Origin: Candidatus Omnitrophota bacterium
Lineage (GTDB): Bacteria > Omnitrophota > Omnitrophia > Omnitrophales > Aquincolibacteriaceae
Length of the DNA stretch: 64,000 nt
Reading direction: 5' to 3'
NCBI GenBank assembly: GCA_030698625.1
Contig: JAUYMS010000047.1
Coordinates: forward strand, 12,210 to 76,209
Made by a program: the position numbers and the translations under genes. Of this stretch, positions 55,681-64,000 are shown piece by piece. Below the pieces are notes generated by a model. The model searched no databases. It was not told the DNA's origin and saw nothing but the letters and a program-made list of their open reading frames with translations. Within the stretch, counting starts at the first letter, position 1. Every line of letters begins with the position of its first letter.

Positions 55681-58600
55681 TTATGCCGCAGCGGCGGCGA
55701 ATTCGGCGAAGCGCTCGGCATCCAGCATAGCCGAGAGGAAGGCGTCCAGGCCTATAAGGGCCGCTGCGTCGCGAGCATAAAAGCGATCATCTGCGCCCTG
55801 GAGGAGGAATCGAGCTGCTTCATCAACCTCGGTGGCATTCAACAGAAGCGCCGAAAAGGCCCCCGCCACAAAAGAACCCAGGTGGCGGCGGATCTGAGTC
55901 GCGTCTATCGGCAACGCCTCACCGCTCGGGAGGCGGTTAGTCACCACACTCACATGGGGCGGTATCTGCGACTCAAGCCCCCCCTCAAAAGAGGCGGTTG
56001 CGGCGAAAGCCACCTGGCGCCCTGAGAGCAGGGCCGCACCCAATCGCTCGAAATCGGTACGCCCGGTGAGGCGTATCCGCGGTCGCAGGCTTCTTAGCTC
56101 GGAGCGAAATCCTGCCAACTTTTCATCCAGAATACGCGCAAACAGCCTGCGAAAGTCTCGAATATTATCTCCATCGACAAGAACGACAACCCCGTGCTCA
56201 CCCGATTCGTTTCGGATAAGCGATCCGATCACTGCGTCCACATAGATTTCCATTTCGTCCGCGGTAAAATCCTGCGGTACCACCGACACAACTGTAAGCG
56301 GAAGATCGCTGTGTCGAATCGCATCACTCACGAGGACTTCGTTCGGGCTCAAGGCGCGGACTACCGCGGCTGGTAATATTTCTGCGACAATCGCACTGCG
56401 AACCTCCGGGCCGACATTCAAACCGGCAAGATTCTGCAGAAATCTGGCGACACTCGCACGCGTCTCAAATCTCACTTCGACACTTTTGTTCGCTTCGTTC
56501 TGCTCACGCAATTCCGATCTCTGAAACGCGAAGTGAACCTCCGCCCCGTCTCTGGCCCTCTCCTGTTGGACATGGTCTCGCAGGGCCTGCTCCGAGGCGG
56601 CCGTATCTCCGCGCCTCCCGGCAATGGCGCGCAAGGACTCCTGCGTTTCCGAACTGAGGAGCAGTCGCGAAAAGGCCGTCCGAAGCGACTCGGCGTCACT
56701 AGGCCCCGACGCCAAAAAGCGTTTGAGCGTGACTTCAAAAATGGCCTCACCGCCATTTTCACCTCGCGCAAAGAGCCCGAAGGCCGCGAGCACCTCTCCG
56801 TCCCCATGGCTCAAATTCCAGTCCCGTGAAAACTGAAAACGATGCCGCTCGCCAGCGCTGAGGCGGCTTTCCAACGCGCCGACCAATCCGGTTAAGAAAT
56901 CGTCAAAAGCAGCAAGGACAGCGAATTTCCCGCCGTTGACCTGAGTCACCTTGGCAAGTTGCCGCGCCACATCCGCCGCTTCTGCCCCTCTATCAGAATC
57001 CTTCAATTCCCGCTTGAAATCCCTAAGAGATTTGCCGTCCCTGACCGGAATTCCGATGATTAGCTCCTCCGCCAGGGCCTCATTGCCGGATTGTCCGTAC
57101 TTTGAAAAATCCACGGCTGAGGGATTCGCGCGCTCACCTGTGAGCATTAGAAGGTCGGATTCGACTTCATCTGCAAAGACATCCTTCCCCAGGTTCGCCT
57201 CCACGTATTGCTGAGCGGTTAGTTCCAGAGACGGGAGTGCTTTCTTGCCGCCGATCTCCAGATCGCCCCGGGCATAAAGTGTCGCAACCGCGTGATACAC
57301 ATTGTAGGCCGCAATCCGCGCGAAAGAACTGCGGTCCTTAGCCGCAAAGTTTTCGGCATAGACGGCTTCGCGAAGCCGGGGATCCGCATCAAATGTCTGC
57401 TTCACCCAAGCCGGCGTATTCCCGAAGAACAGTTCCACTTTCTCGTCAAAGATACTGCGCCGATTTCCGTTCTCATCCGGCGTTTTCACGTGAAGCATCA
57501 GCGCCGCAAAGAGTTTCGCGTCACTCCCGTACGCCTCCCACCGCTCGGCGGCAATAGCTTCAGCCCTGCCGCTGTTGATATGATCCGCATCACTGAGGAC
57601 CTGTGGATCATTAAGCGGAAGCTCCGCACTCGACTGAAAGAACCTGGGGCTACCTAATAATCGCTCATAAGTTGGCAACAGCCCCGGCGCGTTGAAGTCA
57701 CCGCGGCGGTAAGCATCCGCTGCGGCACTCAAGGTCCCTACAGCCACCTCCACCCTGTGTTCTTCCGGATAGAGAAGTGCCGTACGGGCCTCCGTCGGTT
57801 CTGTCCCCGCCACGAAATCATAATTGATTCCGTTCGCACGCACCCACTCCACGAAAACGGTTTCCGGAACATAGGCAAACAATTCACGCTTTCCCGGATC
57901 TTGGATATACAGTCTATTGATCGTTACGCGGGAAATACCATACTCGCCCTGCCTAACGTTCAGGGCGCCGTAACTCGCAAGATCTACCTGCGGGTCGTGA
58001 ATCGCAACATTTAGGGGAGCGCCATCCGCATCCACAAAGATAATTTCGACTTCCTCCGGACTCACGGCACCCACGTATTTCATGAGATTGTAGCGAATAC
58101 TGCGGTCTTCCAAATCGGCACGGCGTCGGCCTTCAGGGGTGTTCTCAACGTATTTGATGCGCTCGATCAACGTCCCCTTGTATTTGTTCTTAGGATCCTC
58201 ATATACCTTAAACGACAGAACACGCGGGACAACACGTCCAACGGGATCCCGCTCGGCAAGAATATGAAGTTCGTACACCTTTCCATTAATTCCCGTGCGG
58301 ACAGTCACTTCATCGGTGTCTTCATAGATCGTGTAATTCCCGACCCCAAAGAACCCGGAACTCTTGGTCTCATCCATCAATCCCTGGCTTTCCAACCAAT
58401 CATGAATCTGGGAAGCCGGCGTCGACGGATCCTCGAGCATCCGAACGATCTCTGCCGTCACCTCATTCAACCGGTCTTCCTCCAACTTACCGACGAGGGC
58501 TTTGATGATTTTCCGGGCGATGTCCTCAGCCGGCCCGCCCCGGTCAACCAGAGTTTGGATGAATTCCAGCGGTGACTTCGTGGTTGCCTGCGGCGGAATA

Positions 58601-61600
58601 AATTTCTTGATCAAAATTTCAGGCTCCATCCCGTGAGCATCTTCAGTGGTGGTTTTGTGGAGGAGCTTTCCGTCTGAGGTCCGCCGGTGAAGAAAACTGC
58701 GCACCCTCACCTGCCGCTTCCCCCCGAATCGCTTGAATTCCACCTCCGGGTCGACGTCGGGATTTCTCGTAATATCACGCGCGTTCTGAATGATCTCGCG
58801 TAACATAACCATACCGGGCTGGCGTTGTCTTTCAATGGTGGTAATGACCTCGTCGCGGTAAGCCGGATGCGAGGAGCTCTTCCACGCGTTCCACAGCGCT
58901 ATCGTGACCCTCTGACGGGGGAATTTCTCCAGACCGGAACGCGTCTGAAGAATATCCACCAATTCACTCAATCCGTAATCTTCCTCGCCGCTCAAATCAG
59001 GGACCCGGTCTACCCAGCCCTGAACATCATCCCTCAATCTGCCGTCGCTAAAATTGATCCCCAAATCGATCGCGCCCTGTTTATCGCTTAAAGCGACCGC
59101 TCCGGTCGCAAAGTTCGCCAGAACAGTTGCCGGCTCCGTTTCATTGCGAAAGGCATTTAGAAACGCGGCTGCGACGCGCGGCGCATTGAAGGTGCCCGTT
59201 CTGTCCTGCTCCCCAAGTATATTCACGAGCACGTCAAGACCCAGGTCGTCGCGATTCACCCAAGCTTCAAAAGCAGCCGATACGCCCGCCCGGACCTTGG
59301 CGTCGTTCAGATCGTAGCCAAATGCGATAGCGCCTTGCTCATCACGAAGCGCCACACGCCCCAACACATAGGGTGCGAGGGATCGTTTGAAGGACCGGAT
59401 CATTCCGCTTTGAATATCGGGGCGCCCGTTCACATAAACATTTCTTTCCCGCAGATTTTCAGCCGCATCCACCAGCCACGCCAATTCAAAATCATTTCGT
59501 CCGAGCCAAGTGCTGACATCCCCTTCCGCCAAATCACCTTCGAGGACAAGGTCGTCATCCTGAGCCAAGTTGTGCTCAGCCTCTTCTTTAAGCACTTCCT
59601 TGCCGGCAAGGTACTCCGCCCAAGTCCTGCCGGGAAACGGGAAGATGCTGTCAACATTGGGTTGTTTCGGGTCATTAAAACGCCACAGCTCCAGCAGGCG
59701 AGATCCGTATCCTTCCGGGCTTTCTACCAGGTAGGCATAAAGCTCGTTGGTTGTGTTGAGGTTTCCATTCCTCCGCAGATCATCGGCCACCAGTCCAAAA
59801 AGCCGCTCCAGAAAATCGTCCGCATTCTCAAAGGGCCTCGTCCCTTTGTCGTGGAAAAACGCCAGATACGGACCGCTGCGAGTTAGAACCGCATTAGCGA
59901 GCGTAAAAACCGGGGTTAATTGCGCGAGCAGCTTGAGATCCTGCGCAAGTTCCAGGACTTCCTCACCCGCCTTACGCGTCGCGGGACTGAGCGACGCTTG
60001 CGGGCCGAGATAGAGATACAAGGGCGAAAAGGTTGTCGGCGCTTCAACGATATGCTTGTCGCGCTTCTCGTCCGTCGGCTTGGCAATTTCGTAAGACGCG
60101 CTCTTGCCGGCTTCCGCAAACTTCTCGGCAACGCTGCCCTCAACCTTGGCTCCAATCCGAACACTCGCCGCGTCTTTAAGACCGGCCGCATTCATCTGCG
60201 GTAATGTGTTTTCATCCACCTTGTATCGGAATTCTCCCACTCCGTTTGCGGCTTCGTTGCCCGCTGCCGGCCGCCACATGCGGAACAGAGCGCCCAACAC
60301 CGCGAGCTCGGCATCGTCCCCCTGACTCTGATGGTATTGGTAAAGATGCCGGAGCAAAGATTGATTGTCGTAGTTGAGCACATGATTCAAGTAGTAGAAG
60401 TCGACCGCGGCGCCATTGGCGCGAATCGCTTTGAGGTTCCCCTTATAGAGATTCCAGGCAAGCCCGTTGATGATCTTTCTGGATTTCGACTTTTTCGGGG
60501 CGCCCAGGGAGTCCAGCAGCTTTTTGATCCTTTTCAAGTTTCTGCGATAACCGAAAAACGCGGCAATCCCCTGCCCGACATGAAGGAATGCCCGCACCAC
60601 GAACATGATCAGCCCGCCTATCAGCGTAAACAGAACGAAGCGGATCGGAGCAACCACCAAAACGCCAAAGACAATCCCGATGCGGTTAGCAATAAACCTC
60701 GGTCGCGTATACGGATTCTCTGCGAGATTTGCCTCCCAGCTGAACCGGAACCACGTCGACGGGTTTTCGCCCTTGGCGTCGGAATCCCGGCCGTAAACGT
60801 CCACTTGCCCCTTATTACCGCTCAACCACGCATCCACGGCCGCAGCTTCGGCAACGTCGCCGGAATCAGGGACACCGATCAGGGCCTCAAAATACGTGCT
60901 TCTCTCCGCATTCAACCAACCATTCTCATCAGGAACGATCTCAACAATCGCGAACTGGAAGCCCAAGTAACCCGCGACGATGCCGCGCAGTAATGCCGCT
61001 GCTCGCGGCGTAGCGCGAATCAACCGGCCGCGCCCCGCAATATCGCCGGCCGCCTGTGCCCAGCTCGCATGTCCTTCCCTGCGCGCGAGATCATCTTTTC
61101 CGTCCGCAGCGTTAACCTCGAGGATTATGTGCCTTCGCGTAAAATCATCGAGCACGCGTAATTTCTCGGCAGGCGACGCATCGCGATAAGCGTCCAGTTC
61201 GCTGCCAAAAAATTGCGCCAGCCCGGCGCGCTCGTTTTCAGGCAATGGACTCCCTGCAATGTGGACCCCAACGTCGCTCGGCGCATAATTCCAGAGGTGA
61301 TAGCTGATTTCGACAAGATCGCCCTTATTAATGCCTTTCCCGACCACCACATGACTGTTTTCGACTTTGGATTCGATGGGAACCCTGATCTCGTTGCCGT
61401 CTCGTTGCACCGCATAACCGTCCTTGTCAGTCTTGATCAAAGTTACGCTGACCCCGCCATGCGCATCATCATCGGCGATAGTCCCACGCGGAATATGGTA
61501 CAGAGCAATACGGGGGGTTAGAATGTAGTCCCTAAAAACCACGTTGACAGGCTTTGACGAAGACCGTTTTATTTCCTCTGATAATCTGCTTTTCGGGGGA

Positions 61601-64000
61601 ACCCCCTGCCAGTGCCAATTCCCGTCTTCATCCAGGTTGCTGTAGACCGCACGAATTAAGGACTCGGTTTTAGGCAAATCGGCAACACTTCCGTACGCTG
61701 GGTAAGTCGAAGAAATTTCTGCCGCGTCACGCGGACCGCTCGTGATCGTCTTCGGCAGGCTCTTCCGGAGCGGTGAGCTATGCCCCGGACCATTTTCTAG
61801 AAGTCTGCGCGCCGCCGCGTCGTCGCGATTCAGCTTTGCCCGCGAGAACCAACCGGCCACGCGTACCATCCACGACCAAATAGCTGAAGCAATGCCCGTC
61901 ACAAATTCATAGAGCCCAACAAAAATCGACCCGTAAAATGCCAGGGCCTCCCAGGCCAGATGCAATGCATAGCGGATGCGGCCGTTAAGATTCTCCTTCA
62001 AGTTTTTGTCCCCTTCAAAGAGAAACCATTGCACCCGGGAATTACCGCCGGGCGCAGTCTGAGAACCGTAACGAATCACACCGTTGTCCTCCGTCGCAAA
62101 ATCATTTGCCTCATCCACGAGGGTCTGGTCCTGGCTCCCGTAGGGCACGCCGATTAACGCCTCGTGATGCACTTGGTTATATGCATTGAGCTCACCCTTC
62201 TCTCCGGTTTCCGTACTGGCGACCAGGGCAACGTGCAGCCCGAGATAGCCGGCAAGAAGGGCGCGAATCAGTGCTACACCGCTTTCATCGGCACGCACAT
62301 GGCCGTGGCGGCTGATGATGTATTCGATCTTTCTCGCCCACGAAACTTGGTCAGCCGAAAACTTCAACAAGTCGCGCCTATTTTCTGACGCGTTATCGAT
62401 AATCACGTATCGCGATGTGAACTCATTGATAAAGCGCAATTTTTCGGCCGGCGTCGCATCGCGATAAGCGTCGAGGCCCAAGCGCTGTCCAAAATAGTCT
62501 TTCATGGCTTCAGCTTCATTTGCAGGAATGCCGAGCGTCGGTAAATTCAGCTCGACCTGATCTTCGCTGTATCGCCACACTTCATAGCGAATAAAAACCG
62601 TCTGCCCGACTAGTTCGGCAGGCAGCGTTACCTTTCCGTTCTGTACGCCGACCCATGCAACCCATTCCCCTTTATGATCTCCGCTATCGGTGGTAATCTG
62701 CTTGAATATTTCGACCTGGTCCGGGTAATAACCTTCCTTTCCGTCGGCTTTTTTCTTTTTGCCGCCTATTTCGCCCCGGGCATAGGTATACAGCTCGATC
62801 CCGCGCGTGGCGGGAATTCCTTCAATCACGAATTGATGACGGTTTTCCGCGGGAGGCCCGACCCGCGGAAAGACTAGCGCCGTGCTCGGGACTTTCTGCC
62901 ATACTCCTATTTGGTTAAGCGACGCGTAGTAACCGCGAATAACGCGCTCACCTTTTGGGTGATTCGAAATACTGCCGTAAAGTCCGAAGATCCCCTTTGA
63001 CCTGTCGTGTTCGTTCTTGTCCGCACTCACATGAAGCGTCGGCAGCGCTTGCTCAAGAGGCGGAGCGTGGGGTGATTGCGTTGTGCCGCGCCGTTTCTTA
63101 TTGTCCGCTTCGTTGTATTCCTTTCTGCCTGCCCTGAATTTGAACAGTGAAACAATAAATGCAATGAGTCCGATTATCCCAAAGAGACCCGTAAAAAAGT
63201 ACGCGGCCACCACGTCACCGGTATCAAGCGGTGATGTCTGCACGCGAAGGGGCGCCGTCGTTTCGATGGACTTCCAGTACTTATTGCCCGTACCGTCCCA
63301 ATCCCCGAACGCCGCCAGCTTCGCATGGCCATCCTTATTGGCATCAAAGTGTCCCTCCGCATCCGGAGACACAACCGCCTGGTAGGCGATGGGAATGCCC
63401 GCACGCTGCAGGAATACTCCGGCGGCCGCACATGAAGAATTACATATAAACAAGGCATCTCCTTCTTCGGCGCCGGTATAAGCCTTATTCCGCTCGATGG
63501 CGGCAGCAATAGCCTTGGCCACCGGCATGTAGCCATCCAAGCTAAATGCCCCCTGCCGTGGAGTCGCCGTGAGGTCATAGGCCGCGTGATCGGCAAGCCA
63601 CTGCAGAGTAATCTCCAGGGCCCTTTGGTCCGTGGCCCCTCTGAGCTGCCGAGCAAGATCCGGGAAGTACTTGTCGACAGCGGCATTTTGCACTCGGATA
63701 TTTTCGGGATCATTTTCAGCCAGATCGATGACGATGTCCGTCGGATCGTAAAAATTCGATTCCGTTTCGATTCGGATATGCCCCTTATGACTTAGAGTGA
63801 TCTCATCACCATTACGGGCCCAGTCTTGGCCCTCAACAAGCTCGGTGCCCCGTTCCTGCCCCGTGCTATCGGATTCGAATACGCGGACTCCTGTGATAAT
63901 GCCGGAGTGCGGGTTGTAAAGCGGAAAGGTTTGTCCGTCACGAACTTTCCCGAAAAATTCCGCTTGTATCGGTTCGGAGTTCAGCCGCGAAGCACCGGCT
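55681..64000 (-). CDS. Giant multi-module membrane-associated protein of unknown function (more than 2,770 aa; 5' end lies beyond the window)
   Basis: The frame is open with no stop from 55,681 to the window end. The ORF-track start at 63,693 is only the first GTG after the window edge. At least 3 TM helices, each ending a tandem ~425-aa module. Hsp90/sacsin/MORC-like GHKL motifs lie at ~58.3-58.8 kb. Confidence 0.75.
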   Translation of the reverse strand, partial: AGASRLNSEPIQAEFFGKVRDGQTFPLYNPHSGIITGVRVFESDSTGQERGTELVEGQDWARNGDEITLSHKGHIRIETESNFYDPTDIVIDLAENDPENIRVQNAAVDKYFPDLARQLRGATDQRALEITLQWLADHAAYDLTATPRQGAFSLDGYMPVAKAIAAAIERNKAYTGAEEGDALFICNSSCAAAGVFLQRAGIPIAYQAVVSPDAEGHFDANKDGHAKLAAFGDWDGTGNKYWKSIETTAPLRVQTSPLDTGDVVAAYFFTGLFGIIGLIAFIVSLFKFRAGRKEYNEADNKKRRGTTQSPHAPPLEQALPTLHVSADKNEHDRSKGIFGLYGSISNHPKGERVIRGYYASLNQIGVWQKVPSTALVFPRVGPPAENRHQFVIEGIPATRGIELYTYARGEIGGKKKKADGKEGYYPDQVEIFKQITTDSGDHKGEWVAWVGVQNGKVTLPAELVGQTVFIRYEVWRYSEDQVELNLPTLGIPANEAEAMKDYFGQRLGLDAYRDATPAEKLRFINEFTSRYVIIDNASENRRDLLKFSADQVSWARKIEYIISRHGHVRADESGVALIRALLAGYLGLHVALVASTETGEKGELNAYNQVHHEALIGVPYGSQDQTLVDEANDFATEDNGVIRYGSQTAPGGNSRVQWFLFEGDKNLKENLNGRIRYALHLAWEALAFYGSIFVGLYEFVTGIASAIWSWMVRVAGWFSRAKLNRDDAAARRLLENGPGHSSPLRKSLPKTITSGPRDAAEISSTYPAYGSVADLPKTESLIRAVYSNLDEDGNWHWQGVPPKSRLSEEIKRSSSKPVNVVFRDYILTPRIALYHIPRGTIADDDAHGGVSVTLIKTDKDGYAVQRDGNEIRVPIESKVENSHVVVGKGINKGDLVEISYHLWNYAPSDVGVHIAGSPLPENERAGLAQFFGSELDAYRDASPAEKLRVLDDFTRRHIILEVNAADGKDDLARREGHASWAQAAGDIAGRGRLIRATPRAAALLRGIVAGYLGFQFAIVEIVPDENGWLNAERSTYFEALIGVPDSGDVAEAAAVDAWLSGNKGQVDVYGRDSDAKGENPSTWFRFSWEANLAENPYTRPRFIANRIGIVFGVLVVAPIRFVLFTLIGGLIMFVVRAFLHVGQGIAAFFGYRRNLKRIKKLLDSLGAPKKSKSRKIINGLAWNLYKGNLKAIRANGAAVDFYYLNHVLNYDNQSLLRHLYQYHQSQGDDAELAVLGALFRMWRPAAGNEAANGVGEFRYKVDENTLPQMNAAGLKDAASVRIGAKVEGSVAEKFAEAGKSASYEIAKPTDEKRDKHIVEAPTTFSPLYLYLGPQASLSPATRKAGEEVLELAQDLKLLAQLTPVFTLANAVLTRSGPYLAFFHDKGTRPFENADDFLERLFGLVADDLRRNGNLNTTNELYAYLVESPEGYGSRLLELWRFNDPKQPNVDSIFPFPGRTWAEYLAGKEVLKEEAEHNLAQDDDLVLEGDLAEGDVSTWLGRNDFELAWLVDAAENLRERNVYVNGRPDIQSGMIRSFKRSLAPYVLGRVALRDEQGAIAFGYDLNDAKVRAGVSAAFEAWVNRDDLGLDVLVNILGEQDRTGTFNAPRVAAAFLNAFRNETEPATVLANFATGAVALSDKQGAIDLGINFSDGRLRDDVQGWVDRVPDLSGEEDYGLSELVDILQTRSGLEKFPRQRVTIALWNAWKSSSHPAYRDEVITTIERQRQPGMVMLREIIQNARDITRNPDVDPEVEFKRFGGKRQVRVRSFLHRRTSDGKLLHKTTTEDAHGMEPEILIKKFIPPQATTKSPLEFIQTLVDRGGPAEDIARKIIKALVGKLEEDRLNEVTAEIVRMLEDPSTPASQIHDWLESQGLMDETKSSGFFGVGNYTIYEDTDEVTVRTGINGKVYELHILAERDPVGRVVPRVLSFKVYEDPKNKYKGTLIERIKYVENTPEGRRRADLEDRSIRYNLMKYVGAVSPEEVEIIFVDADGAPLNVAIHDPQVDLASYGALNVRQGEYGISRVTINRLYIQDPGKRELFAYVPETVFVEWVRANGINYDFVAGTEPTEARTALLYPEEHRVEVAVGTLSAAADAYRRGDFNAPGLLPTYERLLGSPRFFQSSAELPLNDPQVLSDADHINSGRAEAIAAERWEAYGSDAKLFAALMLHVKTPDENGNRRSIFDEKVELFFGNTPAWVKQTFDADPRLREAVYAENFAAKDRSSFARIAAYNVYHAVATLYARGDLEIGGKKALPSLELTAQQYVEANLGKDVFADEVESDLLMLTGERANPSAVDFSKYGQSGNEALAEELIIGIPVRDGKSLRDFKRELKDSDRGAEAADVARQLAKVTQVNGGKFAVLAAFDDFLTGLVGALESRLSAGERHRFQFSRDWNLSHGDGEVLAAFGLFARGENGGEAIFEVTLKRFLASGPSDAESLRTAFSRLLLSSETQESLRAIAGRRGDTAASEQALRDHVQQERARDGAEVHFAFQRSELREQNEANKSVEVRFETRASVARFLQNLAGLNVGPEVRSAIVAEILPAAVVRALSPNEVLVSDAIRHSDLPLTVVSVVPQDFTADEMEIYVDAVIGSLIRNESGEHGVVVLVDGDNIRDFRRLFARILDEKLAGFRSELRSLRPRIRLTGRTDFERLGAALLSGRQVAFAATASFEGGLESQIPPHVSVVTNRLPSGEALPIDATQIRRHLGSFVAGAFSALLLNATEVDEAARFLLQGADDRFYARDAAALIGLDAFLSAMLDAERFAEFAAAAA
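60480..62900 (-). repeat. Intragenic tandem duplication (period 1,278 bp) inside the giant ORF
   Basis: The 15-mer atcgcgataagcgtc occurs at 61180..61194 and again at 62458..62472, with about 40 nt of flanking near-identity. Protein blocks LDAYRDATPAEKLRF and LDAYRDASPAEKLRV; each copy ends in a TM helix. Confidence 0.8.

Noticed and set aside
36920-55721. Long N-terminal extensions in the ORF track for pcm, pilQ, pilN, pilM, the epimerase, cinA, the HhH-GPD gene, pgsA and rimO
   Set aside because: Internal starts give canonical N-termini (signal peptides, Rossmann motif, MITINLLPEE and so on) and remove large overlaps with upstream genes, so the extensions are treated as ORF-finder artefacts.
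1-64000. CRISPR arrays, rRNA, tRNA and other structured RNA genes
   Set aside because: No short direct-repeat arrays were seen. I read the longer intergenic regions (13,507..13,878; 29,163..29,481; 33,638..33,788; 40,255..40,399; 45,280..45,497; 50,689..50,838) by eye. None has a tRNA-like acceptor/anticodon arrangement or rRNA-like conservation. A covariance-model scan (tRNAscan-SE/Infernal) would be the definitive check.

Overview
This is a 64-kb bacterial chromosomal window of roughly 55-60% GC in which all but one gene is coded on the minus strand; many genes overlap by ATGA/TAATG, consistent with long operons. (1) Positions 1 to ~28.9 kb form a large Wzx/Wzy-type exopolysaccharide locus. 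It holds many GT2/GT4 glycosyltransferases (three are two-domain fusions), a Wzy-like ligase/polymerase, a Wzx flippase, a GT-C (ArnT/PMT-like) transferase, two tandem polyprenyl-phosphate (DPM1/ArnC-like) GT2s, a translationally coupled GlpD-like FAD oxidoreductase plus SDR epimerase pair, a sulfotransferase, two methyltransferases (class I and TylF-like), a pyruvyl transferase, an SGNH hydrolase, and an export set of ExeA-like ATPase, Wzz co-polymerase, BY-tyrosine kinase and Wza. Three paralogous small membrane proteins of unknown function are scattered through this locus. (2) Positions ~29-40 kb hold a small HTH regulator and housekeeping/repair genes: def, an ACT-domain protein, AsmA, a FecR-domain protein (the only plus-strand gene), cca, pcm, rmuC and rng. 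(3) Positions ~40.4-50.7 kb hold a contiguous type IVa pilus cluster: pilQ-P-O-N-M, a pilin with an intrinsic terminator, pilC, two tandem PilB/GspE ATPases, and a stand-alone MshEN-type c-di-GMP-binding domain protein with two tandem 24-aa binding motifs. (4) Positions ~50.8-55.6 kb hold an endonuclease III-like gene, thpR, cinA, a pgsA-pgpA fusion and rimO. (5) Positions 55,681 to the window end hold one giant ORF that remains open past position 64,000 (more than 2,770 aa). It contains at least three tandem ~425-aa modules, each ending in a transmembrane helix; the duplication is visible at DNA level with a 1,278-bp period. It also carries Hsp90/sacsin/MORC-type GHKL ATPase motifs and has no family assignment I can make; I rank it the most novel element in the window. 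No rRNA, tRNA, CRISPR array, transposase or integrase was found.
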